Below, piece by piece: positions 1 through 12,757 of a stretch of 64,000 bases of DNA. The notes under the pieces are model-generated. The model did no database searches. It saw nothing but the letters and a program-made list of their open reading frames with translations, and had not been told where the DNA came from. Made by a program: the position numbers and the translations under genes. The stretch comes from Eledone cirrhosa (Eukaryota), in NCBI GenBank assembly GCA_964016885.1, contig CAXHJY010000744.1:62001-126000 (forward strand), read 5' to 3'. The stretch's first letter is position 1. Every line of letters begins with the position of its first letter.

Positions 1-510
1 GAGCTATTTTTAGCTTTCCTCTTAACCTCCAGTCTTTTAACGTCGAATCGGCTACCTTTTTAAACAGAAAACATATATTTACTTTTTTAATTACATCTGC
101 GGGTTTGTTTGTTGTTTTTTTGTTGTTGTTGTTTTTTTTTTGTTTTTTTTGCTGTAAATTTAGTTGTATTCCTGGCGTCGTTTCCAGCACAAGCCAATTT
201 ATTTTAATTTTCTTGTAAAGGCTGTGTAAAACAATCTTACTGAAGAGTATTATTTTGTCTTGATGTACTAATTAACCATTTTAATTATAGTAATTGGTAT
301 TTTTTCTTTGTCATTTGAAACCACGGTCCAAGCAATTATAATTATAATGTAAGTAGAACTGTGTTTACCTTTAAAGGTGTTTCTGCATGCTATACTTTTT
401 GTTTACTATGCTATTTCCTGGAGTAAATCCATGTTCTCGTGAAGCTGATAGATAAGCTGTCTGAAATAAAAAGAAGAAAAATAACTCAGAAACCATATAC
501 TAGTATATGT

Positions 511-703
511 CAGACCTGTCGACTCTTTCAGTTTGCCGGGGAGATCTCCCACCCACTTTGGGGTGAGTGAGAGATCTTCCCTTGTGAAAATGGGTATACC
601 TTTCATTATGTAAAATCTCCCCATTTTGCCTCATTTCTCCCCGTTTTGGGGCACTTTTTTTCATGGTACTCCCCGTTTAGGTTTTTAGAGGTTGGCAGGT
701 ATG
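511..703. mobile_element. hAT-like MITE remnant
   Basis: Imperfect terminal inverted repeats CAGACCTGTCGACTCT / AGAGGTTGGCAGGTATG (rc CATACCTGCCAACCTCT). ATATGT lies on both flanks. No ORF. Confidence 0.5.
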
Positions 704-729
704 ATATGTAAATAGACATCATTACAGAA

Positions 730-2116
730 ATGTGTGTGAATAATCACAAAAATTGATGCTAGAATCTCTGAATTTAGAACACTTGTCAAGGCTGTACCAC
801 TGCCTTTAAAAAGCATACATCGACATCTCAACTTTGTAACACACTGATGTCATAAATTCTTCAAAAGAAAATTTTGTTTACGCTTCTGTTAATTCTTTGT
901 TTTTGTATTTTTAGTTAAACCCATTTTCATTTCTTTTCAAAGTTGTATGATAGTTAACAGCAGGAAACGCCAATGTAACCAATAATGTATTTGTTGAAGA
1001 TCTAATAATATATACTGGAAATATTTTCAATACTGAAAAGCAGCTGGATTCGATAACAGCAATTTTAGCTGATAGAAGGCGGAATTTGATCAAAAGAAAT
1101 CTCCATACTCGATAGTTGGACGTATGAAAGCTGCTTTCAGATGAAAAAATATTAGCATCAATGGTCGTTGTATTTTCCCTGTTCTACACAATAAATATTA
1201 CAAATACCTAGGTATTGATGAAAATGTATTATTGTGGAGTGATTAAAAATATTACACTTGACCAGCGGCTCCGTGGGAACATTTCTTTAAATAAAAGTGA
1301 TTCTTTTTAGGGAAAATTTTGGAAATTACTTCATTAGACCTAAGGAATGTGACAGTGGGGGCTTATATTTTTAACAAAACAATATCTCTCAATGTATTTA
1401 TAGTTCGAACATTTGATATACTGGATTGGACAATAGAGGAAATGCGCTCCATTGATGATGAAGCAAGATCTTAATATCAACTGGGAACTTCCATAGAAAT
1501 AATGTTATTGACAGGTTTCATCTCAACTGGAAGTCCAAACGGCATTCGAATGCCATATGGTATCACTTAAACAGAATATACTAAACAATAGCAAAAGAAA
1601 AAAAAATACACCCAGTGCTCAAAAATCGAGAGTGAATTTCTCTAAAATTTCCGAAGACGTTTTATACGAATTCAAAACAGTAACATAAACATTCATGCGC
1701 ACAGAAAAAAGTAGCATATAGGGGCGTTTCGTGGAAACCTCAGTATGATTCCAATATCAACAGGAAGTGTATAGCCTCTAATGGAATCGTGTCCATTACA
1801 TCATATTACATTTAGAAAATTATGCTTTTGTAATCTATGAACTGCACATGGCTACAGGATAACTGCTGAACAAAAGAGACAGTGAAGCCCTTAAATTACC
1901 AATATGCAACCGAAAATGCCTCTTATCTGGAGAACACAATGCACATATAATCAGCAGATGCCTAAAATGTCAACAAGGCATTTACGATACTGTGCAGTAT
2001 AACTTTGTTCTTAAAGCAATATACATTGGCATCCAGAAGGAATACTCAAAAATGTATATTGATGTTGAATACATCCATACGTTGAATACTGGGGAAACAT
2101 TACAATTAAAATTTGT

Positions 2117-2118
<2 letters not shown>
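730..2118 (+). pseudogene. Highly decayed R4/Dong-clade non-LTR retrotransposon (RT to zinc knuckle)
   Basis: Manual translation gives LNPFSFLF, NVFVEDLIIY (YMDD-like), YKYLGIDEN (1199), TFDILDWTIEEMRSIDD and CNRKCLLSGEHNAHIISRCLK (degenerate CCHC). The order fits R4/Dong ORFs, with many stops and frameshifts. Confidence 0.6.

Positions 2119-2211
<93 letters not shown>
2119..2211. repeat. (CA)n microsatellite
   Basis: Perfect dinucleotide run. Confidence 0.99.
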
Positions 2212-2214
<3 letters not shown>

Positions 2215-2267
2215 TGAACATCTGGTTCACTTAAGAAACACTGGGAAAATTTGAAATGTAGTGTCCT

Positions 2268-2450
2268 AATAATAGTTTCTACTGTTGGCACAAGGCCAGC
2301 AATTACCCAGTGCATTACTGGTACTATTTTATCGACCTTGTAAGGATGAAAGGTAAAGTTAACCTTGGCGGGGTTTGAACTCAGATCGTAAAGGGTCGTA
2401 ACTCTATGCTGCAAAGCATGGTGTCTGACGCTCTACTGATACTGCCAATC
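2268..2450 (-). mobile_element. tRNA-derived SINE family A (short variant)
   Basis: The reverse complement has an A-box-like TGGCAGTATCAGTAG, a B-box-like GAGTTCAAACCC, a central CCTTTCATCC...GTCGATAAAAT..GTACCAG and the tail GGCCTTGTGCC...GAAAC(TAT)n. About 20 copies occur in the window. Confidence 0.9.
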
Positions 2451-3292
2451 ATTATAAATAATAGAAAAAATCAGATAAAACTACAGGCATCCGAGAAATA
2501 TGGTGTTCGATTATTCGTAGGCACCTCTGTCCACACGTTTCTGTCACCAGGGCTATTTGACTTTGACTTTCTCAACTATTACTTACAGTGATAGATTATT
2601 ACTATAATCATTTACGTTGGCACAACTTCATTTCAAGCACATATATAAATGTATGTATACACATATACATATGCCTATATATGTATATATATATATCTGT
2701 GTGTGTATTAACTTTTAACTTTTCATACTTTTTCATACATTTGTTCATAACGATATAATATACATATAAATATACAGAGAGAGAGAGAGCGTGAGAGAGG
2801 GGAGGGAGAAAGAGAGAGACAGGGCGTTATTTTCCTTCGTTCTCTCGTAGTTACTGAACAGGTAGAATTAGTTTCAATTCTCATAGTTTTATCATAGAAA
2901 CTCGACAGAATAATAGTGGAAAGAATAGTATCGATCTGTTCTTACCAATTCTGTAGTGGTCGACTAACTCTTCGGCAAAGCCTAGAATAATTATGTTGCA
3001 CATGAATAATTTACTATGTTATTCTCATCAACACAGAACACGCGTGCCATTTGATATAGCAGAGATCCAGGCTAATTCGCTCAGGCTCATATAAATAGAA
3101 ATAGGGATTTGTGAATGAAATTTCAGCTACTTAAACACACAGAACGTGCGTGCCCAGAAAGACATATATAACAATAGGCAAACATATATTTATGTACATA
3201 CATAGATACATGCATGCATACATATAACAATAGTCACACGTATACTCATAAATATATAGATAAATATATACATACTTACATACATACATAGC

Positions 3293-3590
3293 TATATGTG
3301 TTTAGGGTATTCGGCTCACAATCGTAAGGTCGTGAGTTAGATGTCCGGCGGCGCGTTGTGTCCTTCAGTAAGACACTTTATTCCATGTTGCTGCAGTCCA
3401 CTCAGCTGACAAAAATGAGTTGTACCAAAATGAGTTGTACCTGTGTCACGCTGAATCTCCCTGAGAATTACGTTAAGAGTACGTGTCTCTGGAATGCTCA
3501 GCCACTTACACGTTAATTTCACGAGCAGGATTTTCCGTTGATCGGACCGACTCGAAGACTCGTCGTCGTAACCGACGGAGTGCCAGACGA
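3293..3590 (+). mobile_element. CORE-like tRNA SINE family B
   Basis: tRNA-like head, then TGTGTCCTTCAGTAAGACACTTTA (CORE-like), CCACTCAGCTG.CAAAAATGAG, GCTGAATCTCCCTGAG and tail GTAACCGACGGAGTGCCA. Paralogues at about 10750, 17420 and 36690. Confidence 0.85.
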
Positions 3591-4301
3591 ACTAACTATA
3601 TACATACATAGACACATACATATGTACGTACGTACTTACATACACATACATAAACACACACACGTGCATACATACGTACGTACCTACTTAGCTACCTGCA
3701 TACCTACATACATAGCAGGGGCGGTAGAAATTGGGGGGACCAGGGAGGGGAGAGGAGCATGTCCCCCTAATAATCATATTTTTCTCCCTAAACTAACAAA
3801 ACACACATCTATTTGTATATGCGCTACAATGTATGTACATGTATATATAGAGAGAGGGAGGGTTTGGTGTTAATTGAAATAAAGAGGGGGAGAGAGTGTT
3901 GTATGGTTGATGTAGAGAGGGGAGGGGAGATTGGTAGTAATGAATAGAGTGAGAGGATTAAAGAGAGATTCCAGTTATGACCATTCTGTTTTTGTTGGGT
4001 ATTTATGACCATATGCTTTCTTCTTTATTTCTAAGACATGTGAAACTTTTTTCGAGCAGTGAGCCACATGGGATATGGCTCATCATAATGTGGGCCACAC
4101 TACTAACAAATTCAAGGCAATTTTGAAATTAGGCGCGCTATTCAGAAAGCCAAACAGGCCCCAGTTTGCCCATGACTACCTTAGAGAGTAATTAGTGTGA
4201 AATGTGATTGCTATTTCTAGCAAGTCTAGCGACCCTACAGAAGTTCTTCAGTACAAAAATGTTGGTCGTCGTCGTTGTAGTAGTAGTAGTAGTCGTAGTG
4301 A

Positions 4302-4334
<33 letters not shown>

Positions 4335-5107
4335 CGTGTTTCCGGTGATTTATGGTTGTTTTTCATTGTTATTACAACTGATAATCGCCCTGTATGGGGG
4401 GGGGGGGGATTTATAGAAGGAGTAATGTTCATACATGTTGTAGTGCTCCTGAGCGCTGTACAGAATAATTTCATTATCATATGTCATCTCACTTCCTCCT
4501 CTCGAAATGGTTTATATTCTTCCGCTGTACTATTTCCTATAAATCACCTTCTAAACACTACATTTTGCTTTCATCTTACCTGCAACGTATTCTATACGCA
4601 CGCCCATACACGCACGCATATATATATATATATTTTTTTCTTTTACACTTTTACCTGTTTCAGCCAACGAGTTGTGGAGATGTTTTGGCATCACCATTAT
4701 TTTTGCACGTTCTATAGCCCCACACCCTTCTTATTTGGCCATTGATGAATGAAGGTGTTTGAAACCGCTGCCCACATTTCTGTTTCTTTCTGCGATGTAG
4801 GCTCATCGGGGATCATGGTAGAATGTTGAGATTCATCTTGGAAACATTTACATTCATCCCATATAATTCTCCCAGGTATTCAGACAATTAATTATAAAAA
4901 AAACTTTGGGCCCTTTCGCCTCAAGATATTGCAGAATATCTGGTCTGTAGTCTAGATGTGGATAGTAGGACCTTTGGTACTATAAAGTGACATCCTGTTA
5001 AAGGACAAACTCTAACGGGGGGACCACCAAATGTTTTCGCGCGAGGTCATCACTTTTGAAAAGATCCTCGACGCTCGTTGTATATGTACCATATGTGGCA
5101 TTACATC

Positions 5108-5590
5108 TTTTAGAGTCTTCTCTACCTGAACAACTGTATCAGGTTCAACTTGTCAGCCTCGCAGGTTCGAGATGCCAGCCCCGCAGAGACACAGTTCCAT
5201 AGAGGACCGTTTGACCCCCGCCTTTCTTCCACTATTTAGGGTGACACCATCACAACCGCCTTCCCACCTTCAAATCTTATTAATTCTTTGAGTCTTCTCC
5301 AGCTGAACAACTGTATGAGGTTCAGCTTCCCAGCCCTGCAGAGATACAATTCTATAGAGGATGGATTTACCCCTTTCTTCCACTATTTCGGGTGATACCA
5401 TCACAACCGACTTCCCACCTTCAAATCAATATTAATTCTTTGAGTCTTCTCCACCTGAACAACTGTATGAGGTTCAGCTCTCCGGCTCCGCAGAGACACA
5501 ATTCTATAGAGGACGGATTTACCCCTTTCTTCCACGCTTTCGGGTGGCACCATCACTACCGCCTTCTCCCTTTCAAACCTTATTAATTTT
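5108..5590. repeat. Tandem repeat, about 150-175 bp x3
   Basis: GAGTCTTCTC..CTGAACAACTGTAT.AGGTTCA...ATAGAGGA...CACCATCAC...TTCAAA..TTATTAATT occurs three times. Confidence 0.9.
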
Positions 5591-6295
5591 TCCGCTTGAA
5601 CCAATTCAAGTGCTTTATTTTGTAATGTTAGTTTATGCATTTCTCTTTTAGTGACGATGTCTGAAAAGGTTTTTGTTGTTGGTGCTATTAATTTTTCATT
5701 GGTTTTGTTATAGTTGTTGCTTTTGTCACTGCTGCTGTTATAGTCTCGATCAGAGACAACGTAGTTTTTTTGTGTGTTGTATTTTTGTTGTTGTCGTGGT
5801 GGTGTTGCTAGTGGAGGTGGTGTTTCTTGTGGAGGTGGTGGTGGGGTTGTATTCCAGTAATGCGGGATATTCATTTTCATGTTTTATTTTATTCTATGAA
5901 TTTTTTCGTCGTCGTATTTATTAGTTTTACTGCTGTTACTGTAGTTGCTGCTGCTGTTGCTGCGACTACTACTGCTGCTGCTGCTGATGTTGCTGCTGCT
6001 GGCAATTGTGGTAATGGAGGTGGCGGTGGTGATTCTTGATTTCTGGCTGTTATCGAGAAAATGCACCATGCTTTTTTTGTGAAGCTTTTCGCATTCACTG
6101 TTCTGGTCTGTGGATGGAGAGGCGATGTTCGCCTCCAGTTTTCTTTTTAGAATTTTATGGATGCAATTTGCAAATAAAATGTGTAATATTAGGGCTTAAG
6201 TCGCCTTTTGTGGTCAATGTATGGCGCCCTATTTGCACTTCATAACAAACTTGTAAGAAAACTTATTTTAAAAATGGGTGAAAAACATTAAAATT

Positions 6296-6443
6296 ATAAT
6301 TTGGGAGGAGGGAAAGTCTGAACTGGTACTTTATTTTGTCGACCCCGTAAGGATGAAACATAAAGCTAACCTCGGCGAGATTTGAACTCAGGGCGTAAAG
6401 GACCAGAAGTTTGTCCGACTTTCTAACGATTCTGCCAATCCAC
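6296..6443 (-). mobile_element. SINE family A, partial
   Basis: GGTACTTTATTTTGTCGACCCCGTAAGGATGAAA...TTTGAACTCAG...CTGCCAATCCAC. Confidence 0.85.
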
Positions 6444-6695
6444 ACATCTCAGAACAATAATAATAATAATCCAAATTGAAAACACATCTCTAGAATGCTA
6501 CGCTAAAACGATGGCCAATACTCGAAAAAGCATATGTCTCTTTATACATACATCTAAGTAAGAAAATAAATACGCCATCTTAGAGATGGGGAGGTCTTAT
6601 TATCTTTAATTCTTCATGTATTTTCATCCATTCATTCATTCCTTCATTCTTTTGCATTCCTCTTTCTCTTTAAAGAGACAGACAGATAGATTGAT

Positions 6696-6740
<45 letters not shown>

Positions 6741-6749
<9 letters not shown>

Positions 6750-6904
6750 AATTAACTCCGGTACTTGGCTGGTACTTTCTTTATCGACTCCAAAAGGATG
6801 AAAGTGGAAGTTGACCTTGGCAATATTTGAACTCAGAACACAGAGAACCGGGACAAATGCCGCAAGACTTTCTGCAATGATCTGTAATGCTAATTTGTCA
6901 CCTT
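6741..6904 (-). mobile_element. SINE family A-related, diverged
   Basis: GGTACTTTCTTTATCGACTCCAAAAGGATGAAAG...TTTGAACTCAG. Confidence 0.75.
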
Positions 6905-7449
6905 ATCTATCTATCTAGCTATTTATCCTCATACCTACCTACATACTCAATTACCTACCTACCTATCTACCTACCTACTCACCTACCTATTAATCAACCA
7001 AACCGTCCTGCCTATCTGTCATTCTACCAATCTATCTTAATTTCTTTCTTTTCTGTTCTCTCCTAACCACGATTTATTTATTTCATTGGTTTCATTAGTT
7101 TGTATTTGTCTTTATTTTTTCCCTCTTCTTTCTTCCTTTCTTTTGTGCACTCTCCTTTCTTACAGTCGTCTCATTCTTCTACCCTCCCACCCTCTTTCTC
7201 TTTCACATATTTTTCTCTGCCAAATATAGCTAAATTCTTTACACTCAACGTAAACCCGCCAACACCTTATTAACCCTCATGACTAACTAGATAAACCATC
7301 CCCACCTCCTCATATTCCTCATTTCCTATTCCACATGTTGACCTAGGTCTGCATTGATCGGAAAGATATATGATCAAAAGAAAATATTCCAGCTGTACTC
7401 AAACAATTTTTTTACGTTATACCTATGCTCTGTGAATGTGTGTAGCCTC

Positions 7450-7880
7450 GTAAGCTGCTGTACGTACAGTTATAAGGTCGGGTGTTCGGTTCTCTGGTCG
7501 AGCGGTGTGCTGTGTCCTTGAACCAAGACACTTTGTTTCATGTTGTTCCAGTTCACTCAGTTTTTCCAGCATTAACTTAGGTTTATTGGCAGTATCAGTA
7601 GAGGGTCAGACGCCATGCTTTGCAGCAAAGATCTGAGTTCAAATCTCGCCGAGGTTAACTTTGCCTTTCGTCTTTACGGGGTCGATAAAATAAAGTACCA
7701 GTAATACACTGGGATAATTGCTGGCCTTCTGCCAAAAGTAGAAACAATTAACTTAGGTTTAACCTTACAATGGACTGGAATCCTGTTCGTGGAGGAGTTC
7801 TTGGGCTCCCGATCGCTTAACGCCAATAAAACCGGAATAAGCTTCGGTCTGATGAGACTCTGGACTTTCGACAGACTATA
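7450..7880 (+). mobile_element. CORE-like SINE interrupted by a SINE A insertion
   Basis: TGTGTCCTTGAACCAAGACACTTTG...GTTCACTCAG lies before the insertion. The element resumes at 7762 with ACCTTACAATGGACTGG...AAACCGGAATAAGC. A related 3' part lies at about 36090-36205. Confidence 0.7.
7586..7746 (+). mobile_element. SINE family A (short variant) with 15-bp TSD
   Basis: Flanked by the perfect direct repeat ATTAACTTAGGTTTA (7571-7585 and 7747-7761). Confidence 0.93.
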
Positions 7881-8249
7881 TTCTTTCTCTGAGTTAAAAA
7901 TTGATGAAGTCATCTTTGCTGTTCATCCTTTCGGTGTCTTTAGAATAAATACCAGTCCAGAGCAGTGAATTGTGGGAATTGTTTGAGTGTCGGACGAGAT
8001 GTTTTTTCGGTATGTGTTCCGCCTCTTTGTATCCTGAGTTTAAATCTTAACCCAAGTTAAAAAAGAATGTCTGAATGAATAATGTATTAGCCACATAGTG
8101 CAGTGCATATGATTAAGGCTTATGAAAGGCCCCATCGACCCACGGTCGGTTGGATGGATTGGAACCCATTCGTAAGATAGAGATGACAATACACAAATCA
8201 CACAGGAAGATATGCAGCACCCACAGTCTATTTCAAGCTGCTTATAAAC

Positions 8250-9000
8250 CAAGAAAAGAGTCAATTAGGTGCTGCATATCTTCCTGCGCGTTGGAAAAAA
8301 GATCGCAGTCAACTACACACAGAAATTCTCCCTGGCCCAAAGTGTATTGTGTTAAAAGGTTTCCAGGATGTACGAAACATAATGTATATTCCATATCGAT
8401 AGTCTTTAAATACCATTAAAAATACTACTGCAAAGAAAAGTGAAGGCAGTGTTGGAGCTGTTATGTTGCCCTGTTTAATGCCATTCCTTAAAGTTTTGAC
8501 ATATTTCAACCAATATTCACCCAGGCTTTCATGTCATCATAAAATTGATGCAGGATTTCCAAGAATTTGTCCGGGCAGCCAATCTTTCCAAGTATTTTCC
8601 AAAGAGCTTCTCTATTAACTGTGTCAAATGCTTTTGTCAAGTCAACGAATACTTTAAACAGATCTACTCTTTGTTTCATACACTTTTCCTGAAGCTGCCT
8701 TGCTGAAAATATCTTGTCCACTGTACCTCTGCCTCGTCTACAACAACACTGGGATACTGAAAAAACATCGTCAGCAATGCGTAACATAAATCTGTCAGGC
8801 ATAACCCTACACAGAACCTTTCCGGCCACTGACAGCAGCGCTCTATAGTTGCCACAGTCATGATTTTACCCTTTCCCTTATACAGGACAGCTATGAGAGT
8901 ATCCTTCCAGGCCGTGGTGCTCTCTCCCACCGAAACTTTCTGTATCAAGGAGGCAAGTGATACTGGGGGTTGAAACATTTTTTGTGTGAGGAAATGCATT
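8250..9000 (-). pseudogene. RTE-clade (BovB-like) LINE reverse transcriptase fragment
   Basis: LYKGKG, AGKVLCRV, RGRGTVDKIFSARQLQEKC, VFVDLTKAFDTVNREALWKILGKIGCP, NGIKQG..APTL and REFLCVVDCDL (decayed FADD). Frameshifted. Confidence 0.9.
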
Positions 9001-9207
9001 GCACAGCTCTAATCCGACTCTGAATTGCACTGACAGGCATCCAAAAAGAAGAACAAGTCAACATCCTTAGCTGTTAACTAGTCTCAGATAGATTTACTGC
9101 GTGCCTGGATACCAACCCAGGAATTTCTAAGTCCTTGCACAACAGAGGGGTTTTAATGCATATATACACGCACACACACAATCTCTCCACACACGCATGT
9201 ACACACA

Positions 9208-9247
<40 letters not shown>

Positions 9248-10048
9248 TATTGAATGTCTATTGACTTTCCTTTCATATGTTTTCCACCCGTTGGCGGGTT
9301 TTGTTTTACCACCACGTTGAAACAATTACAACAATGTTGTGTTTGAGAGGGGTGGAGTTCAAGAAGAAGAAGAAGAAGAAGAAGAAGAAGAAATTGGTTT
9401 TAGTTTCGTTTCTTTTGCCAGCGGTGACAAAGTGCATTGCCGCGATTAGACATCTACTGTTCCTCAGTGCGGTGACCAAGTGCAATGCAGCTGATAATAG
9501 TTCTGTAATCGAACGTCTGTATAAACAAAGAAATACCAACCGTTTAGAAGCTAACTATACCAGATTTAGATAAGGAAAGAACAACAACATTTACAGAAAC
9601 AAAAACCAATATTAAACTATAATTAGAAAATATACTGTAGAAGAAAAGGGGGGAAAAGCCATTCGGCGGTGAATACACTGCAAGGACCGACAGAGAAGAA
9701 GCAAGCAAGATCCAAAACTTCACAATGACTCACAATTTATTCGTTAAACACATAAAGAGAATATCTGATTCTAGTTGCACACGACAAATGTCTGTCCACA
9801 AAATCACTGAAGCCGTGCTGCGTTAACTTGTCTTTAGGGCTCTGGACTTGTCACAACATCGAGATCATTCTATGCATAACGGAGAATAGCGACCAATGCC
9901 GACGACTGACTGCAAAAGCGTTGAGAGTAACACCTCAACGACTGGCTACACCAGTTGCAGGAACATAATAAAAGTTAACGGCAACACACTGCAGTAACAC
10001 ACACAACCAAGTGTTACAACCCACCAAAAATGAGATTACAAAAATAAA

Positions 10049-10218
10049 ATAATTGTTTCTACTTTTGGCACAAGGCCAGCAATTATCCCAGTGTATTACT
10101 GGTACTTTATTTTATCGACCCCGTAAGGATGAAAGGCAAAGTTAACCTCGGCGGGATTTGAACTCAGACCACAAAGGGCCGTAACTCTTTGTTGCAAAGC
10201 ATGGCGTCCGACCCTCTA
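10049..10218 (-). mobile_element. SINE family A (short variant), 5' truncated
   Basis: Close match to the other copies. AAAAATAAAATAAT lies on both flanks (probable TSD). Confidence 0.9.
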
Positions 10219-10228
10219 AAAAATAAAA

Positions 10229-10637
10229 TAATGATTTCTGCTTTGGGCACAAGGCCAACAATCTTGGAGGAGGAAAAAGTCCATTAAATTGGCCCCAGTG
10301 CGTTACTGGTATTTTATTTTATCGACCCCGTAAGGATGGAAGGCAAAGCTAACTTCAGAACGTAAAAAACCGTAACTATATACCGCAAAACCTGTTGTCC
10401 GACGCTCTACCGATAGTCACTCCAAAATAATGGTTTCTACTATAGGCACAAGGCCAGCAATTTGGGGGATGAGAAAGTCGATTAAATTGACCCCAGTGCG
10501 TGACTGGTACTTTATTTTATCGACCCCGCAAGGATGAAAGGCAAAGCTAACCACGGTGGGATTTGAACACAGAACTTAAAGAACCGTAACTATATACCGC
10601 AAAACATGGTGTTCGACGCTCTACCGATACTGTCACT
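10229..10637 (-). mobile_element. Two tandem SINE family A copies (long variant)
   Basis: Units at 10229-10420 and 10425-10637. Both end in CGACGCTCTACCGATA..GTCACTCC.AAATA. Confidence 0.9.
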
Positions 10638-10749
10638 CCCAAATAGTGAAAGATCTTTACATCAAGTATGTACACAGATATGTACAGATTAGTAGTTATA
10701 ATCACTGGGAAATTCAGAATAAAAGTGTATCTGAAAACGTGTGTATATT

Positions 10750-10950
10750 GGACTTTCGTCGGTTCTGGCCATAAGTGTTCCAATTGATTCGATCAACGTG
10801 AAATTAACGTACAGGCTGCTGCACATCCCACAGATATAGGTACCCTTAACGTAGTTCTCGGGAAGATTGAACGTGGTACAGTGTGTGGCATGGTTGGTCC
10901 TTTGAATTGTATGTACAACTCCTCTCTACCAGTTGGGTGGACTGGAACAC
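10750..10950 (-). mobile_element. SINE family B 3' half, diverged
   Basis: The reverse complement matches 3390-3590 (GTGAAATTAACGT, CTTAACGTAGTTCTC.GGAAGATT, GGTGGACTGGAAC). Confidence 0.7.
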
Positions 10951-11183
10951 AGAGAGAGAGAGAGAGACAAAAAGAGAGTCAGAAACAGAGAGAGAGATTG
11001 ATAGGTAGAGAGAGAGATATATAGAGAGAGCGATAGACAGAGAGTGAGTGAGAGAGATAGAAAGAGAGTGAGAGGGAGAGCAAGACAGTGAGTGAGTGAG
11101 TGAGAAAGAGAGAGGGGAGAGAGAGAGTGAGAGAGAGAAAAAGAGACAGAGAGTGAGTGAGTGAGTAAGAGAGAGAGAAAGAC

Positions 11184-11238
<55 letters not shown>
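10950..11238. repeat. (GA)n-rich compound microsatellite
   Basis: Seen directly in the sequence. Confidence 0.97.
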
Positions 11239-11240
<2 letters not shown>

Positions 11241-11540
11241 CATTCTGAATCAGGCTGTTAGTGTTATTACTTATATATATTGGTTTAGGTATTATCGGTT
11301 GTAAGGAGTTCTCTATACTATAGTAGAGATTAATAGTTTTAAGGTGGAGTTAGAAGCTTGTTATTCTGAAGTCATTCTTTCTTTCTTTTCTTCCTTTTCA
11401 CCTTCTATTACCATTGTCTCCTTCGGTACAATTCACAATCTATCCCGTCTCCCTTTTCTCTTTTTCTCTTTTAATAGCTTCCTCGGTTGTCTGTCACCAA
11501 TTACTATCAAGCGTTCGTCTCGCACAAAATATGTTCTTAA

Positions 11541-11626
<86 letters not shown>

Positions 11627-11907
11627 GTGAAAAATTGAATGGGAACAAAACAGAGAGGCAGTACGAACAAAGGTTTATTAGTTTCACGCTCTTGAGAGTG
11701 GGGTGGTAGTATATATATATATATGATAGTTTGTATATATATATATGATAGTTTGTAAAAATTTTACATAGATCTATAGGATATGCATACCAACACTAAC
11801 ATATATATCCTAGAAACGATCGTAAAATGATGAATTTTTTAATATAAGGAACTGTTTCTTTGTTTATTCATTATTTTATTAATTTATATATATATATATA
11901 TATATAT

Positions 11908-11968
11908 AGGAACGAGTAGGACCCCGACGGCTGAGCTCAAGCCGTTTCGACGGCTAATTCTGGACTAA
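11908..11968 (-). mobile_element. Family C hammerhead-bearing repeat, 3' half only
   Basis: rc TAGCCGTC GAAA CGGC TTGAGCTCA GCCG TC GGGGTCC. Matches 12823, 22122 and 62960, and is embedded in (TA)n. Confidence 0.75.
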
Positions 11969-11977
11969 AGATTGTAG

Positions 11978-12020
<43 letters not shown>

Positions 12021-12030
12021 TATATATATA

Positions 12031-12201
12031 TAATATAGATGAGATTCTACAGGACTAGAACTGTTTCATTCTTTAGATGATTTCTAAAGGATGAAACAGT
12101 TCTAATCCTGTAGAATCTCATCTATATTAAAACTTTTATACTCTGCTATGTATTGAGTACCTTACTTACTGTGGTTACCTCCGATTCAACCCGGAATAAC
12201 G
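12031..12201. repeat. 47-bp-arm palindrome with a hammerhead 3' half, followed by a pLTR-like tail
   Basis: Arms 12031-12077 and 12083-12129, 5-nt loop, 2 mismatches. Each arm reads GAAA-CAG-loop-CTG-T-A. The tail has GAGTAC at 12155 and runs into (TA)n. Confidence 0.8.
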
Positions 12202-12411
12202 TATATGTAAATATCTATATATCTATATATATATATATATATATCTTTAGGTTTGTTGGTTCAACACTGGATAGATTTGGTCATTCCGTATGTATATATA
12301 CATTCCGTGTGTATATATATGTATATATATATACACACACATATATATATATATATAGGTATATATATACAATATATTAACAAATGGAAACTATAATTAT
12401 AAAACCATATT

Positions 12412-12477
12412 TATTTCATTATACATATTTCAAGGGCCACCAAGGCAAACTATGGTGCGCTTTCGTCAGATAAAATA
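12412..12477 (-). ncRNA. Type I hammerhead ribozyme (family D)
   Basis: rc: TATTTTAT CTGACGA AAGCGCACCA-loop-TGGTGGCCCTT GAAA T ATGT A T A ATGAAATA. It lies within a repeat 12370-12548 that is nearly identical to 47957-48135. Confidence 0.8.
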
Positions 12478-12626
12478 TAATATAGGTTAGTTTTATAAAT
12501 AAATATTGACATACCCTGAAAAAATGCAACCATTCTGGTTGGAATCTCCTGGAGAGTTGAGTGCTTTATATCAGTTATAAAAATATTTTGCTTGTTGTAT
12601 CCCAACAAATTAAATATAACCTCTAC

Positions 12627-12684
<58 letters not shown>

Positions 12685-12723
12685 GTAGAGGTTATATATA
12701 TATATATATCTTTCTCTCTCTCT

Positions 12724-12754
<31 letters not shown>

Positions 12755-12757
<3 letters not shown>

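Noticed and set aside
1900-2010. Cys-rich stretch first read as a piggyBac C-terminal domain
   Set aside because: The upstream YKYLG and DWT...ID motifs fit an R4/Dong zinc knuckle better.
5401-5880. 159-aa minus-strand ORF
   Set aside because: It is built from simple repeats plus the tandem unit, with no recognisable domain.
9671-10018. Possible solo LTR (TG...CA ends, AATAAA on the minus strand)
   Set aside because: No TSD, PBS, PPT or second copy.
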